Positions 15,260 to 47,060 of a DNA stretch of 64,000 nt are shown here, in pieces. The notes under the pieces were generated by a model. That model did not search any database, was not told the origin of the DNA, and was given only the letters and a program-made list of their open reading frames with translations. Position 1 is the first letter of the stretch; each line of letters starts with the position of its first letter. The DNA is taken from the NCBI RefSeq assembly GCF_009914755.1, contig NC_060934.1; one strand, given 5' to 3'. Origin of the DNA: the human T2T-CHM13v2.0 reference genome, Homo sapiens. The translations under genes were made by a program, and so were the position numbers.

Positions 15260-16073
15260 CACAGTCATTTCTCAAAAGAAAACATTTATGCAGCCAAGAA
15301 ACATGAAAAAAAGCTCATCATCACTGGTCATTAGAGAAATACAAATCAAAACCACAAAACCATGTGAGAAACCGTCTCACGCCAGCTGGAATGGTGATCG
15401 TTAAAAAGCCAGGAAACAGCAGATGCTGGAGAGGATGTGGAGAAATAGGAATACTTTTACGCTGTTGGTGGGAGTGTAAATTAGTTCAACCACTGTGGAA
15501 GACAGTGTGGTGATTCCTCAAGGATCTAGAACCAGAAATACCATCTGACCCAGCAATCCCATTACTGGGTATATACCCAAAGGATTATAAATCATGCTAC
15601 TATAAGGACACATGCACACTTATGTTTACTGCAGCACTGTTCACAATAGCAAAGACTTGGAACCAACCCAAATATCCATCAATGGTAGACGGGATAAAGA
15701 AAATGTGGCACATATACACCATGGAATACTATGCAGCCATAAAAAAGGATGAGTTCATGTCCTTTGCAGGGACATGGATGAAGCTGGAAACCATCATTCT
15801 CAGTTAACTAACACAGGAACAGAAAACCAAATACCGCATGTTCTCACTCATAAGTGGGAGTTGAACAATGACAACACATGGACACAGGGAGAGGAACATC
15901 ACACACCGGGGCCTGTCAGGGGATGGGGGCTAGGGAGGGATAGCACTAGAAGTACCTAATGTAGATGATGGGTTGATGAGCACAGCAAAACACCATGGCA
16001 CATGTATACCTATGTAACAAACCTGCACGTTCTGCACATGTACCCCAGAACTTAAAGTATAATTTAAAAAAAA
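15260..16073 (+). mobile_element. 5'-truncated L1PA 3' end (ORF2 tail + 3' UTR + A tail)
   Basis: ORF 15622..15807 = L1 ORF2 C-terminus (MFTAALFTIAKTWNQPK..YTMEYYAAIKKDEFMSFAGTWMKLETIILS); end ..cagaacttaaagtataat. Confidence 0.93.
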
Positions 16074-16569
16074 GTATAAAAGTATGTTATGCATAATTAA
16101 TCTATAATGCCATAAATGATCATGCAAAACTTAAATAATATGGTGGCCCGAGGGGCTGCCTTGTAATTGAAACATGCTTTCTTTCATGCATTGACTATAT
16201 GCATTTTGTTAATGTGCATTTTGTTTAAATAAGTTGTGTAAGAGACACACCTTTCTAGATGAAACTATACGTGTGTGCCACACTTTGCACTACTAATGAT
16301 CACCTCAAGACTATCAGGAGAAATATTTAAATTTCCATTTTATGAAGAAAGGAACCAAATTATTAGTTATGCTTTTTTAAACAAATTACCAGTTTACATA
16401 ATTAATAAGGGTGCATTTTAAGTTCTAACTTTGTTTATTGTATAATGTACCATTTAAAAATACCAAGGAGGAAATATCCTTTGCTTTTAATGATGCATGA
16501 GTGGAAGTAATGCTAGTTGGCAGTATTTGATTGTAAGAAATCAATAAATTGTGATTTAAAAAAAATCAG

Positions 16570-21000
<4,431 letters not shown>

Positions 21001-21042
21001 GATTTTTTTTAAAATATATATAGTTATAAAATAAAAAATATA

Positions 21043-22725
21043 AGAATAGCTACTTCTGCTCGCTTCTGGTGTCCATTTACATGAAATATATTTTTCCACC
21101 CCTTTACCTTGAGTCCTTTTGTGTCTGGTGAATCTCTTGAAGACAGCAGATACTTGGTTGATGAGTTCTTATCCATTCTGCTATTCTGTATCTTTAAAGT
21201 GGAGCATGTAGGCCATTTACATTCAACATTAGTATTGAGATTTGAGGTACTATTCTATTCATCGTGCTATTTGTTTGCCTGAACACCTTGTTTTTTTTCT
21301 TCATTGTGTTATTGTTTTATAGGTCCTGTGTGATTTATGCTTTAAGGAGATACAATTTTGGTATTTTGAGAATTTGTTTCAAGATTTGGAGCTCCTTTTA
21401 GCAGTTCTTGTAGTGCTGGCTTGGTAGTGGCAAATTCTCTCAGCACTTGTTTGTGTGAAAAAGACTACTTTCCTTCATTTATGAAGCTCTGTTTCACTGG
21501 ATACAAAATTACTGGCTGATAACTTAAGGAGGCTCAAGATAGGATCCCAATCCCTTCTAGCTTTTAGAGTTTCTGCTGAGAAATCTGTTAATCTGATAGG
21601 TTTTCCTTTATAGGTTACCTGAGGCTTTTGACTCACAGCTCTTAAGATTCTTTCCTTCATCTTGACTTTAGTTAACCTGATGACTATGTGCCTAGGTGAT
21701 GATCTTTTTGTGATGAATTTCCCAGGTGTTCTTTAAGCTTCTTGTATTTGGATGTCTAGATCTCTAGCAAGGCCGGGGAAGTTTTCCTCAATTAATCCCT
21801 CAAATTTGTTTTCCAAACTTTTAGATTCTTCTTCTTCCTTGGGAACACCAATTATTCTTAGGCTTGGTTGTTTAACAAACTTATTGGAGGCTGCGTTCAT
21901 TTTTTTAAATTCTTTTTTGTCTTTGTCAGATTGGGCTAATTCAAAAGCCTTGTCTTCGAACTCTGAAATTTCTTTCTTCTACTTATTCAATTCTATTGCT
22001 GAGACTTTCCAGTGCATTTTGCATGTCTCTAAGTGTGTCCCTTGATTTTCAGAAGTTGTGATTATTTATTTATGCTATTTTCCTGGAAATTTTTCCATTC
22101 ATATCCTGTATCACTTTTTTTGTTTTGCTAAGTTGGACTTCACCTTTCTCTCGTGCCTCCTTGATTGGCGTAATAATGACCTTGTGAATTCTTTTTCTGG
22201 CAATTCAGAGATTTTTGTCTTGGTTTAGATCCATTGCTGGTAAGCTAGTGTGACCTTTTCAGAGTGTCAAAGAACCCTGTTTTGTCATATTACCCCAGTT
22301 GTTTTTCCAGTTCCTTCTCATCTGGATAGACTATGTCAGAGGGAAGATCTGGAACTCAAGGGCTGCTGTTCAGATTCTTTTGTCCCACAGGGATGCTCCC
22401 TTGATGTGGTGCTCTCCCCTTTCCCCTAGGGATGGGGCTTCCTGAGAGCCAAACTGCAGTGATTGTTATTTCTCTTCTTGATCTAGCCGCCCAGTGGAGA
22501 TAATCAGGCTCTAAGCTGGTACTGGAGAGTGTCTGCAAAGAGTCCTGTGATGTGATCTGTCTCCAGGTCTCTCAGGCGTGGATACCAGCACTTACTCTGG
22601 TGGAGGTAACAGGGGTGTGAAGTAGATTCTGTGAAGGTCCTTGGTTGTATTTTTGTTAAGTGCGCTGGTTTTGTATTGGCTGGCCTCCAGCCAGGAGTTG
22701 GCACTTACAAGAGCACATCAGCTAC
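21043..22725 (-). mobile_element. L1PB/L1PBa-like 5' UTR + degenerate ORF1, sense to GDI2
   Basis: ORF 21475..21660 MKERILRAVSQKPQVTYKGKPIRLTDFSAETLKARRDW = L1 ORF1p. Confidence 0.85.
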
Positions 22726-22919
22726 AGTTGTATAAAACTGGATTTTTTTTAACTGAAGATCCGTGCATATCATTATATGTTAATTTTATTTCAATAAAAA
22801 TAAAAAGCATCTTATTACTCATAGACTGATCTCATCTCATTATTTAAACTATATCTCATATACACATTATGTTGAAGATGAGGTTTTGAATCACTGAGGT
22901 TTTAAACACAGGCTCTTAC

Positions 22920-23051
22920 CTTGCAAATCCTTGGGGCAGTTCTCCAAGGCCATAGAGTGGATAAAGGTATGGGCTTTTGCCATATCTTGCCAAAGATTCA
23001 CTGTAAAGTTTAATTCTATTAATGGTTTCATAACACGGTTGATCTAAGTAA
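22920..23051 (-). CDS. GDI2: GDI2 exon 6 ([45 protein letters not shown])
   Basis: 132 nt, cag| and |gtaaga; conserved GDI motif [15 protein letters not shown]. Confidence 0.97.
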
Positions 23052-23126
23052 CTGGAAGAAAGGAAATGAGTATTAGGAAAGGGCTTTAGTTTTCATTCAT
23101 GGTGTTCAATTTATAATTTTTTTTGA

Positions 23127-25302
<2,176 letters not shown>

Positions 25303-26226
25303 ACATGAGGCTATTAATGACAACTGACTACATTTAATTTTTTAAAATTAAGATTTACAATTCAGCCTTTTAAATGGACAGAATGTACACACAGTAAAGG
25401 CATAAGGCTGAATAGAAATATCCTATTACCACATCAGCACTATACTTAAGACACAAGTGTAGTTGTAAGAGCTGGGTATAAGACAGGCAAAAGGAAACAT
25501 GAATCACTATTTCAATGCACTTAAAACTTAGGTATCATATTCCGGTCGGCACAGCCTGTCAGAACTTAAAGCTATTACTAACAGTTATTTTGGAGTATCT
25601 CCCAACTTTTGTTTATTTAATAGAAACCTGAGTTGCTGTTACCAACTTTTGTTTTAATCAAAATAAAAATCTATCATGTTTCCTTCTCTTTCCTCTCCTT
25701 TATTTTCCTCCATTACCTGATCCTTACCCAGAGAGGGATAGAAATCAGTGCCACTCCTGTTTTACACAGCACAGTAGAGACGTCCTGGCTGTTTTTCCAT
25801 CCCTTAATTCCATGTTGCTATGCATGGCGCCAAATAGTGATCTCAATGACTAGCTGTTAACAGCATGAGAACCAGATATAATTGTATTACAAATACTTCA
25901 AACACCCAGTGCTCATTCTGAAAAACTCCTAATTGAAAAAGTTCAAATCAATAACGTGTTTCCTACTGTGTTTTTTTTTTTTCCATAGAAACAAGGTCTC
26001 GCCATGTTGCCCAGGCTGGTCTCAAACTCCCAGGCTCCTAAAGTGTGGAATCACAGGTGTGAGCCACTGCACCTAGTCCCTACTAGGTAGATAATTTTTT
26101 ACAACTACTATTTATCTATGCTGATGCCTTCCCAGATCACTTTATTTAAAGCGTCCTTCTCACACTCCCTCCTTCCTCTTTCCCCCACAGCAATGGATCA
26201 CCATGGGATATGCCTTTCTGTATTTA

Positions 26227-28540
<2,314 letters not shown>

Positions 28541-28633
28541 AAGTCTTGAAGTCTTAATCTCTGAAAGTGATCTAAGAGGGTTAAAACTCACTTCTTCCAA
28601 ACTCTTTTTAATGTTGGTATTTTGACCTCCTCC

Positions 28634-29751
<1,118 letters not shown>

Positions 29752-31659
29752 TTATATATAGGATCTTGACTAATTAGAGAATTTCCAAGGAGTGGCCAAG
29801 AGATCTAGATAGCATATTATATGAGAAACAACTAAGGAGACTCAAGTATTTACTTTGGAAAAAAAAGAATTAGAAGGTATGTAATCATTGTTAAAATATC
29901 TAAAAAGCAATATATTAATAGCTTTATATACCGTAAGAATATAGTATTTCTTGTGGTTAAGAGTGTGGGATTCTAAAGTCAGACAGACCTGGCTCCAAAC
30001 CAGTTACTAGCTATACTACTTTGTGCTTTCCTTTTATACCTCAGCTTTCCCATCTGTAAAATAAAAAATAGTAATAGCACCTGCATCTCACACGATTGCA
30101 GTGAAGAACTATGTAAAGTTAGATAATACACATGAAGTACTTAATACATATATGCCTAGCATGTAAGTGCTCAAAAAACTGAGTTCTTATTAAAATTATA
30201 AAACAACTGGTACTTATCCACCCATCTCTTGAACTTTGCCACCTCTCCACCTTTCCTTACCCCATTCCTTCATTCTGCCTAGAATTTTCTTGCCTGCAAC
30301 TCAAGATTTCAAAATCCTTTCCATTAATATAAGGAGATGCTGATAAGGTAGTGATTTGGTCAAAATGCATAAAAGTGTTTACTAAAACAAGTGATTTCTA
30401 CTGTACATAAATTATACCTCAATAAACCTAGCCTTAAAAATATATACAGAAGCATATGCGCTTATTCAAAAAAAAAAAAAACAGAAGAAGGATAAGCCAG
30501 AAAATGATTACCTAACAGGTCAGAAAGAATGGAAGTAGAAAAGTAAGAATGAGACCAAGACTCGAAATATACCTTTTAACTTTCAAGCTCTGTAAATGTT
30601 TTATATATCTGAAAAAATCAGAGAAAATAAAACTGCCAAACGATAATTTCTATTAGATGAAGGAGGTAACTGAAGCTTTAATATAAGTAAGAGCTCCAAG
30701 AAAGAAAATGTAAAAGAAAGAACCCACGACCTTTGTCCAAAAAAAAAAAAAAAAAAAATTCTATTTCTTATTTTTATCTAAAAAAAATTTTGAGACAGGG
30801 TCCCCCTCTGTCACCCAGGTTGGAGCGCAGTGATGCAATCACAGCTCACTGCAGCTTTGATTTCCTGGACTCAAGCGATCCTCCTGCCTCAGCCTCCACA
30901 ATACCTGGGACTACAGTAATGTACCACCACATCTGGCTAATTTTCTTATTTTTTGAAGAGACAGGGTCCTGCTATGTTGCCCAGGCTGGTCTTCAACTCC
31001 TGGCCTAAATCAATCCTCCTACCACGGCTTCCCAAAGCAATGGGATCACAAGCGTGAGCCACCACACCACACCACTGTTAAAAAGGATTCTATTCAAACT
31101 CAAACTCCTACTTCTATGAAGATACTTTATTTGGATTAAATTTTCATAGTCATTTAAAAGATTTAAAATAATTTCGAACCCATGATTACACTACTAACTA
31201 CCCGCAACTGAATGAGAAACTGTTCCTTCCCTTCCCCAATTATCAGTCCTAACCTAGCCCTGATTCTTTGCAGTATTTTTTACTTTCTGGCTATGTCTTT
31301 AATATTTTATACCCAATATTTTCTCCCCTAATCAGAAGTTAATAGAGGAAACTGCCAAAATAATTCAAATTAGGTTTACAGATGAGAAAACTTTTCAGCG
31401 CTGATGCCAAAATAATTATGAGAGAACTTATGAGCACTTTCCCTCTTCTAAGCTCCTAGAGCCCTCACCTACCCTTAGTTATACAAATTTATCCTTCTCC
31501 AAACTGCTCCATACAAGGACTAAAACATCTTGAAGAACAAAAAGGTCTTTTCTGGACTGTTTGCTATTTAAGAGAGACGCTGAAATAGGAAATGTTAACC
31601 AGAACTCTTTGGTGAGGCAACAGAGGAAATAATGTTGGGCAGAGAATAAGATCACTCCA

Positions 31660-32013
<354 letters not shown>

Positions 32014-32655
32014 TCACCAGGAGTTCCTAAAATCAAAGATATTGGGAATTACTAACAAGACCAATTAGAAGATGAGCATCATCAGAATGAGTACTTCTCC
32101 TGTTGGCACGTTGGGTAATATAGCGTAGGGTAAGCTTAGTAACATGATTAAGCACCAGGGCTCTGGAGCCACACTACCAGCATTTCACTTCCAACCCAGC
32201 TACTTATCCCAGCTACTTATTACGTATGCAATTTTAGGCCTGAGTTTCATCACCTATAAAATGGAGACCCTATGTCATAGAGATGTTTCAGAAGTCAAAT
32301 AAGAAAACAATATGGAGTGTTCAGTACAGAGCCTTTAGACACAGGAAATACTCAACAGAAAGCATAGCTATTATGAATTACTGTGAAAAGAACACTATTA
32401 ACCCTAGATAAGCTCAGATCCACCAGCCACAAGGTACATGATCTATAGATGATCATTTAAACTCTAAGCTTCAAACGGGTAGGAATTTTTGAACATTTTG
32501 TTCACTGATGTGTTCCCAACTGCCTAGAACAGTGTCTGGCACATGATAGACATTCAATAAATATTTGTTGACTGGGTCCTCTCTAAGACTCTTTTCCAGT
32601 ATAAAATCTCATTATTCTGAGAAAATAAAACTAGTTACTAGAGAAAATAAAACTA

Positions 32656-32838
<183 letters not shown>

Positions 32839-32913
32839 TTATAAAGAACACTTACTAATACTAACAGCTTCTAAAATTTTTTCTAACGATGTTCAATAAC
32901 TCCAACAAAATAA

Positions 32914-34145
32914 TTTTTTTTTGAGACACAGTCTCCCTCTGTTGCCCAGGCTACAGTGCAGTGGCACAATCACGAGCTCACTGCAACCTCAGCCTCCTGG
33001 GCTCATGCAAGCTTCCAGCCTGACGCTCCTGAGTACCTGGCACTACTATGCCTGGCTAATTTTTTTTTGTATTGTTTTGTAGAGACAGGGTTTTGCCACG
33101 TTGCCCAGGCTGGTCTCAAACTCCTAAGCTCAAACAATCCACCCACCTTGGCCTCCCAAGTGCTGGGATTATAGGCACGAGGCACCGCGCCTGGCCCAAA
33201 ATAACCTCCAAAGCTGTATTTTAAATAGGACAACCAGAATGCAAACTTATTGCACTGCATATTACACGTTTTTGTTATTTTTTATCTTTTTTTCCTATTC
33301 AAGGTTGAATACATAGGTTTTTTTAATGTTACAACTTAAAGGTTAATAATTCTATCAACTTGCTTTTGCAAAAGCAATGAAAAATTTATTAGAGATATGA
33401 GGTTTGGAATTATAGTATTATTGGCCAGGCACAGGTGGCTCACACCTGTAATCCCAGCACTTTGGGAGGCCAAGGAGGGAGGACTGTTTGAGCCCAAGAG
33501 TCCAAGACCAACCCACACAACACAGTGAGACCTCATCTCTACCATAACACAAAAAAATTAGCCAGGTGTGGTGGAACACCCAGGTGTGGTGGGACACTGA
33601 AGTGAGAGGATCACTTGAACCTAGAAGTCAAGGCTTCAGTAAGCTATGATTGCATTACTACACTCCAGCCTGGGTGACAGAGTGAAACCCCTGTCTCTAA
33701 AAAAAATTAATAAAAACAAACAATAGAATATAAACTCAAACAAGGAAAAAGGATAGCAGATGCTTTATTTCATGTGCACAAACAGACCTATAACCAAAAA
33801 TTTAGTTTTTCAATGTCATCTCAGAAAAAAGTACTAATATTACAGCAATTTAAAAAAATACTTAGCCTGTAATCACAGTACTTGGGAGGCTGAGGCGAGC
33901 AGGTCACTTGATGTCAGGAGTTCAAGACCAGCCTGGCCAACATGGTAAAACCCTGTCTGTACTAAAAATACAAAAATTAGCTGGGCGTGGTGGCACGCAC
34001 CTGTAATCCCAGCTACTTGGGAGGCTGAGGCAGGAGAATTGCTTGAACCAGAAGGCGGAGGTTGTAGTGAGCCAAGATCATGCCACTGCACTCCAGCCTG
34101 GGTGACAGAGCGAGACTCCGTCTCAAAAAAAAAAAAAAGAAAAAG
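32914..34145. mobile_element. Three Alus in GDI2 intron 3 (about 32914-33196 -, 33423-33715 +, 33865-34145 +)
   Basis: Alu consensus. Confidence 0.88.
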
Positions 34146-34539
34146 AAAACTTAGATCCTCTAAAATTAAAAAAATGTGAAAATTTTAAAACCCTACAAAC
34201 TAGAAAAACATTAAAATAATGCTGTTTCAAAAGGCCCAGTTATTTAAGACTGTCATAAGCATCAACAGGTAAGTCTGTGCCAAAGGCTTACAATCTTGTT
34301 ATGTATTATGCCACAGCATCATTTGTTTCTCCAGAACCAATTACTAGTAAGTCACAACCCCTTCCTTCCTTTCCTAACTTATTGACTCCAGACATCTAAT
34401 GGACCATGTTACTCACCATGCTGTTTCATTCAACAAAATCCAGTTCCTCATACCCAGAATAGTACTCTGTCAAAAGTTAGTTTTGATATTAAAATTGTAA
34501 TCAAAGTACTGTCATAAATTTAAGTTAGAAATTCTTTAC

Positions 34540-34639
34540 CATTAGCCATAAGGAACTTGGGAATCAAGTCAACATTCCAGTCTCTTCCTCTCCCCATTGA
34601 CTCGGGTGGTGATCCTGGTATTTTAAATCTTTTGTATAA
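34540..34639 (-). CDS. GDI2: GDI2 exon 3 ([34 protein letters not shown])
   Basis: 100 nt, tag| and |gtaaag; conserved [15 protein letters not shown] motif. Confidence 0.97.
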
Positions 34640-34904
34640 CTAAAAGCAAGGAAAAACATAGCCATAATGTTAACAAAATTTAATTTTTTATTACAATATG
34701 TACATATTTTTTATTAAGTGCTTTTAGTATAACTAAACACCACCATGCTAGTAAAGTATAAGGGCATTTCATCTTTTATCAGATAAAATTTTTAGCAAGG
34801 TCCAATATATATGTAAATTAATTACTAAACTCATAAATGTTAAAATTAACAAATATGGCAGAAGTAAGGTTTTTCACTAGCAGAAAAGAAAGAATATAAA
34901 ACAA

Positions 34905-37435
<2,531 letters not shown>

Positions 37436-38311
37436 TTATACCAAATACAAACAGCTACGTAAGAGATTACTGGGACCACTGGGAAATTTGAATATGGTTC
37501 TGGATATGATATAATGGTATTATGCTTATGCAGGAGAATGTTATTCTTAGCAGATGAATGCTGAAATATTTTGCTCAAGCCTCATGATGTCTTATCACTT
37601 TCAATGGATCAAAACCAGTAACAAAAAAAGAGACATGAAAAAAATACAGCAAACTTTAACTGCTGAACTCTGATGGAAGATTTTTTTATACATCGTATTA
37701 TTCTTTAAACTTTTCAGTATTACTGAATATAGAAAAAAATCCTTTTTGGTAAGTATTGTCTAATAAGTCACTGATTAAAGTCATTGATGATATCTATCTC
37801 CCATAAGACACAGTACACATCATATCCATATACGTAGGTGTTCAACAAACCTCACGCAGAAAAACAATCAATATATTAAAACACACTGTGGAAATGCTAT
37901 GTGTCCACGTTCAAAAAAAGTAGGAAACAAGGCAGTATAGCAAAAGGAACTAAGCTTTGTAGTCATGTAACTTGGGTTTACAACCCATCTCAGATTTTAA
38001 CCCCACAGAGACTATGTTAAATGGAGATTAAAAAAAAAATCTTTGAGGGACTGAGAAAATAAATAAAGCCATGAGGAAAGCACTGGACTTGCGCTGGCAC
38101 ATCAGACGATCCTCTACCCTCCCTTCCTAGACTATTCTCTGTTAACGCTAAGAGATAACTGCTCCACATAGCAACAAAAGTCAAAATGTAAATTTCTATG
38201 AGCTTCAAACCAGAAGCTCCTGAAAAACAGTGCTCCAGATATTCCATTTAACAAAACAAAATTAAGACCATCTCTAAGGAATAAGGTAGAGATTCACAAG
38301 TGAAATACTCA

Positions 38312-38458
<147 letters not shown>

Positions 38459-38599
38459 CTATAGAAAAAGCATAGTACCTTGAAAAGAAAGTTCTACAGC
38501 ATATTTAAAACAGATCATTTTTTTCAAGCCTGCCATTACACATTCTCTTAGTAATTACACTTATATTCATGCAACATGACATAATTTATGAAGAAAGCC

Positions 38600-41380
<2,781 letters not shown>

Positions 41381-41844
41381 CCCTAAGCAAAGCATATAGG
41401 ACAACCACCAATAAATTGACCATCAACCGAAAAGTATAAATGACCACTCTCAGGAAAAAGATAAAGCAAGCATGAATACACTAAGACAAACCAAATTAAG
41501 AAGAGGGAAAAAATTAATACAATTAATGTGAAGAAACACAGAGATGGGGCATATAATCACTCAAAAAGGGTTTGAGTGATCAGTGCTTTATTTCTTAAAG
41601 AGACAAAGGAAATTCCATGTATCTTTATAAATCTTTAATATTTCTCAAATTTATCCAAAGGACCCTAGATGTCAAAGAACAATCTTATTCTCTACAAGTC
41701 TATTTGACTTTGAAACCCGTATTTTTAAAATTCACACAAATTTCAAGTTTTCTTCCATAATGTATCTATTCATTTAGTATTTCTTAAATGTCTTAAATTA
41801 CTTACCATGAGGTTCAAATTTCACTATAGGAGTGTGAATCATTC

Positions 41845-44195
<2,351 letters not shown>

Positions 44196-45811
44196 ACGTT
44201 TACTGATGATCAAGCTAAGTGATAAGGCACTTATGATAAGTGCCTATTCAAAATTTTTCCCCATTTTTTAAATGGGCTTTTTCTCGCTGCTTTATAAAAG
44301 TACTTTATATACTATATATAAATCCTTTATTAGTTACATGTACTGCAATTATCTTCTTCCATTCTGTGGCCTGCCTTTTCACTTTCTTCATTATGTCTTC
44401 ATAAAAGGAAATGAAGGTATTTTAACAACTACAAAAATCAACCCTAATACTGACTAAAACAATTTACTTTTGGGGGGTGGGGGAAGAAAACAACCTAAAG
44501 CAGCACCAACATATAGTTCCACATATGAAAATAAAATATTTACTATCTTAAAAATAAGTTATGACACAGCAGAGGAAGACAGTTACATTCCCAGCTGACA
44601 AAAGTAGACTGCAGACTTTTGAAAGCAAAATCTCAGCAAGCAAATTGGAGTGTTGCACAGCTTCTATATATAACCTTTCACACTAAGCATGACCCACTGG
44701 ACTATGGCCGTAAAGCAAGCACTGAGGCCTAAAATAAAGGGCCCAGTAATTTAAAGATGTGGCCGAGTCCAAAGAGCTGACAGCAACTACCTTCAAAGGC
44801 ACCACTTGGAGCAAATATGACAAGAGCTAACTAAAGCTAATAAAAAATCTGCAGGCCCACTAGTTCCTCTATACCCAACTATTATAAAAGACTGCTTCCA
44901 CACTGCTAAAAGAATATATAATAGCACAAACATAATAAACTTTGTTTTAAAACATGGGTGAAGTCATTAATTGATAGAATTTATCAGTCATATCTGGGCA
45001 CAGTATATATTAATGATCCTAAAATTTTAATATTTTTCCAAAATTACCAGCTCAAAATTAAATTCTACTACAACCTATCTGATGAATACACAATATTCAC
45101 AAGCAAAGCACATTAAAGCCATAAAAACTAAGCTTCTCTTTTTCACACTAGAAAAGCTGGTCCATCTATCATGTACATCAAGTAACTTTAACCACGAAAC
45201 TTGTATGTGAATGAATATTCACCAACATGAGTTGTAAATGTAACAGGTAAGAGTACCCACTGTAACTTCAAACTCACCTACAAATGACCTAAGCAGGATA
45301 AGAATACATATTCACATCCAAAATCACTAAGACTATAAAACCATCTTCAGAATCCAAGTTCTGTATGACACTAGCATCTGCCACCCACCTGGCACTTGAC
45401 GTTCTCCTACATAAAAACAGGTAACCAACCAAAATGGTTTTTAATATTTAATTGCACCAAAGTGCTAGTACGTGTAGATATGTGGATGTGGGGCTGGGGG
45501 ACAGAACCATCAGCGATACTGACGTTCTCTTCCTTCAGCACCCTACACATACCACCAGAGTTGCAATCATCAAAAACAGAATAACTCATTTGGACAACAC
45601 CCAAATATATTAGACAAAGCACCTGAAGAGGCTGAATGAAATTTCTATATATGAATTGTTACACCTACATGGTGTTTCCACGGGCAGTAACAATGGTATG
45701 CTGAAAAATTAATGCCCACTCCCCAACCCCGATTACAGAGCAATTTAGACTTGGAAGGGAATAGAGCCAAAATTTATTAATATTTTGATATACCTTCCTA
45801 GTGACAAACTA

Positions 45812-47060
<1,249 letters not shown>

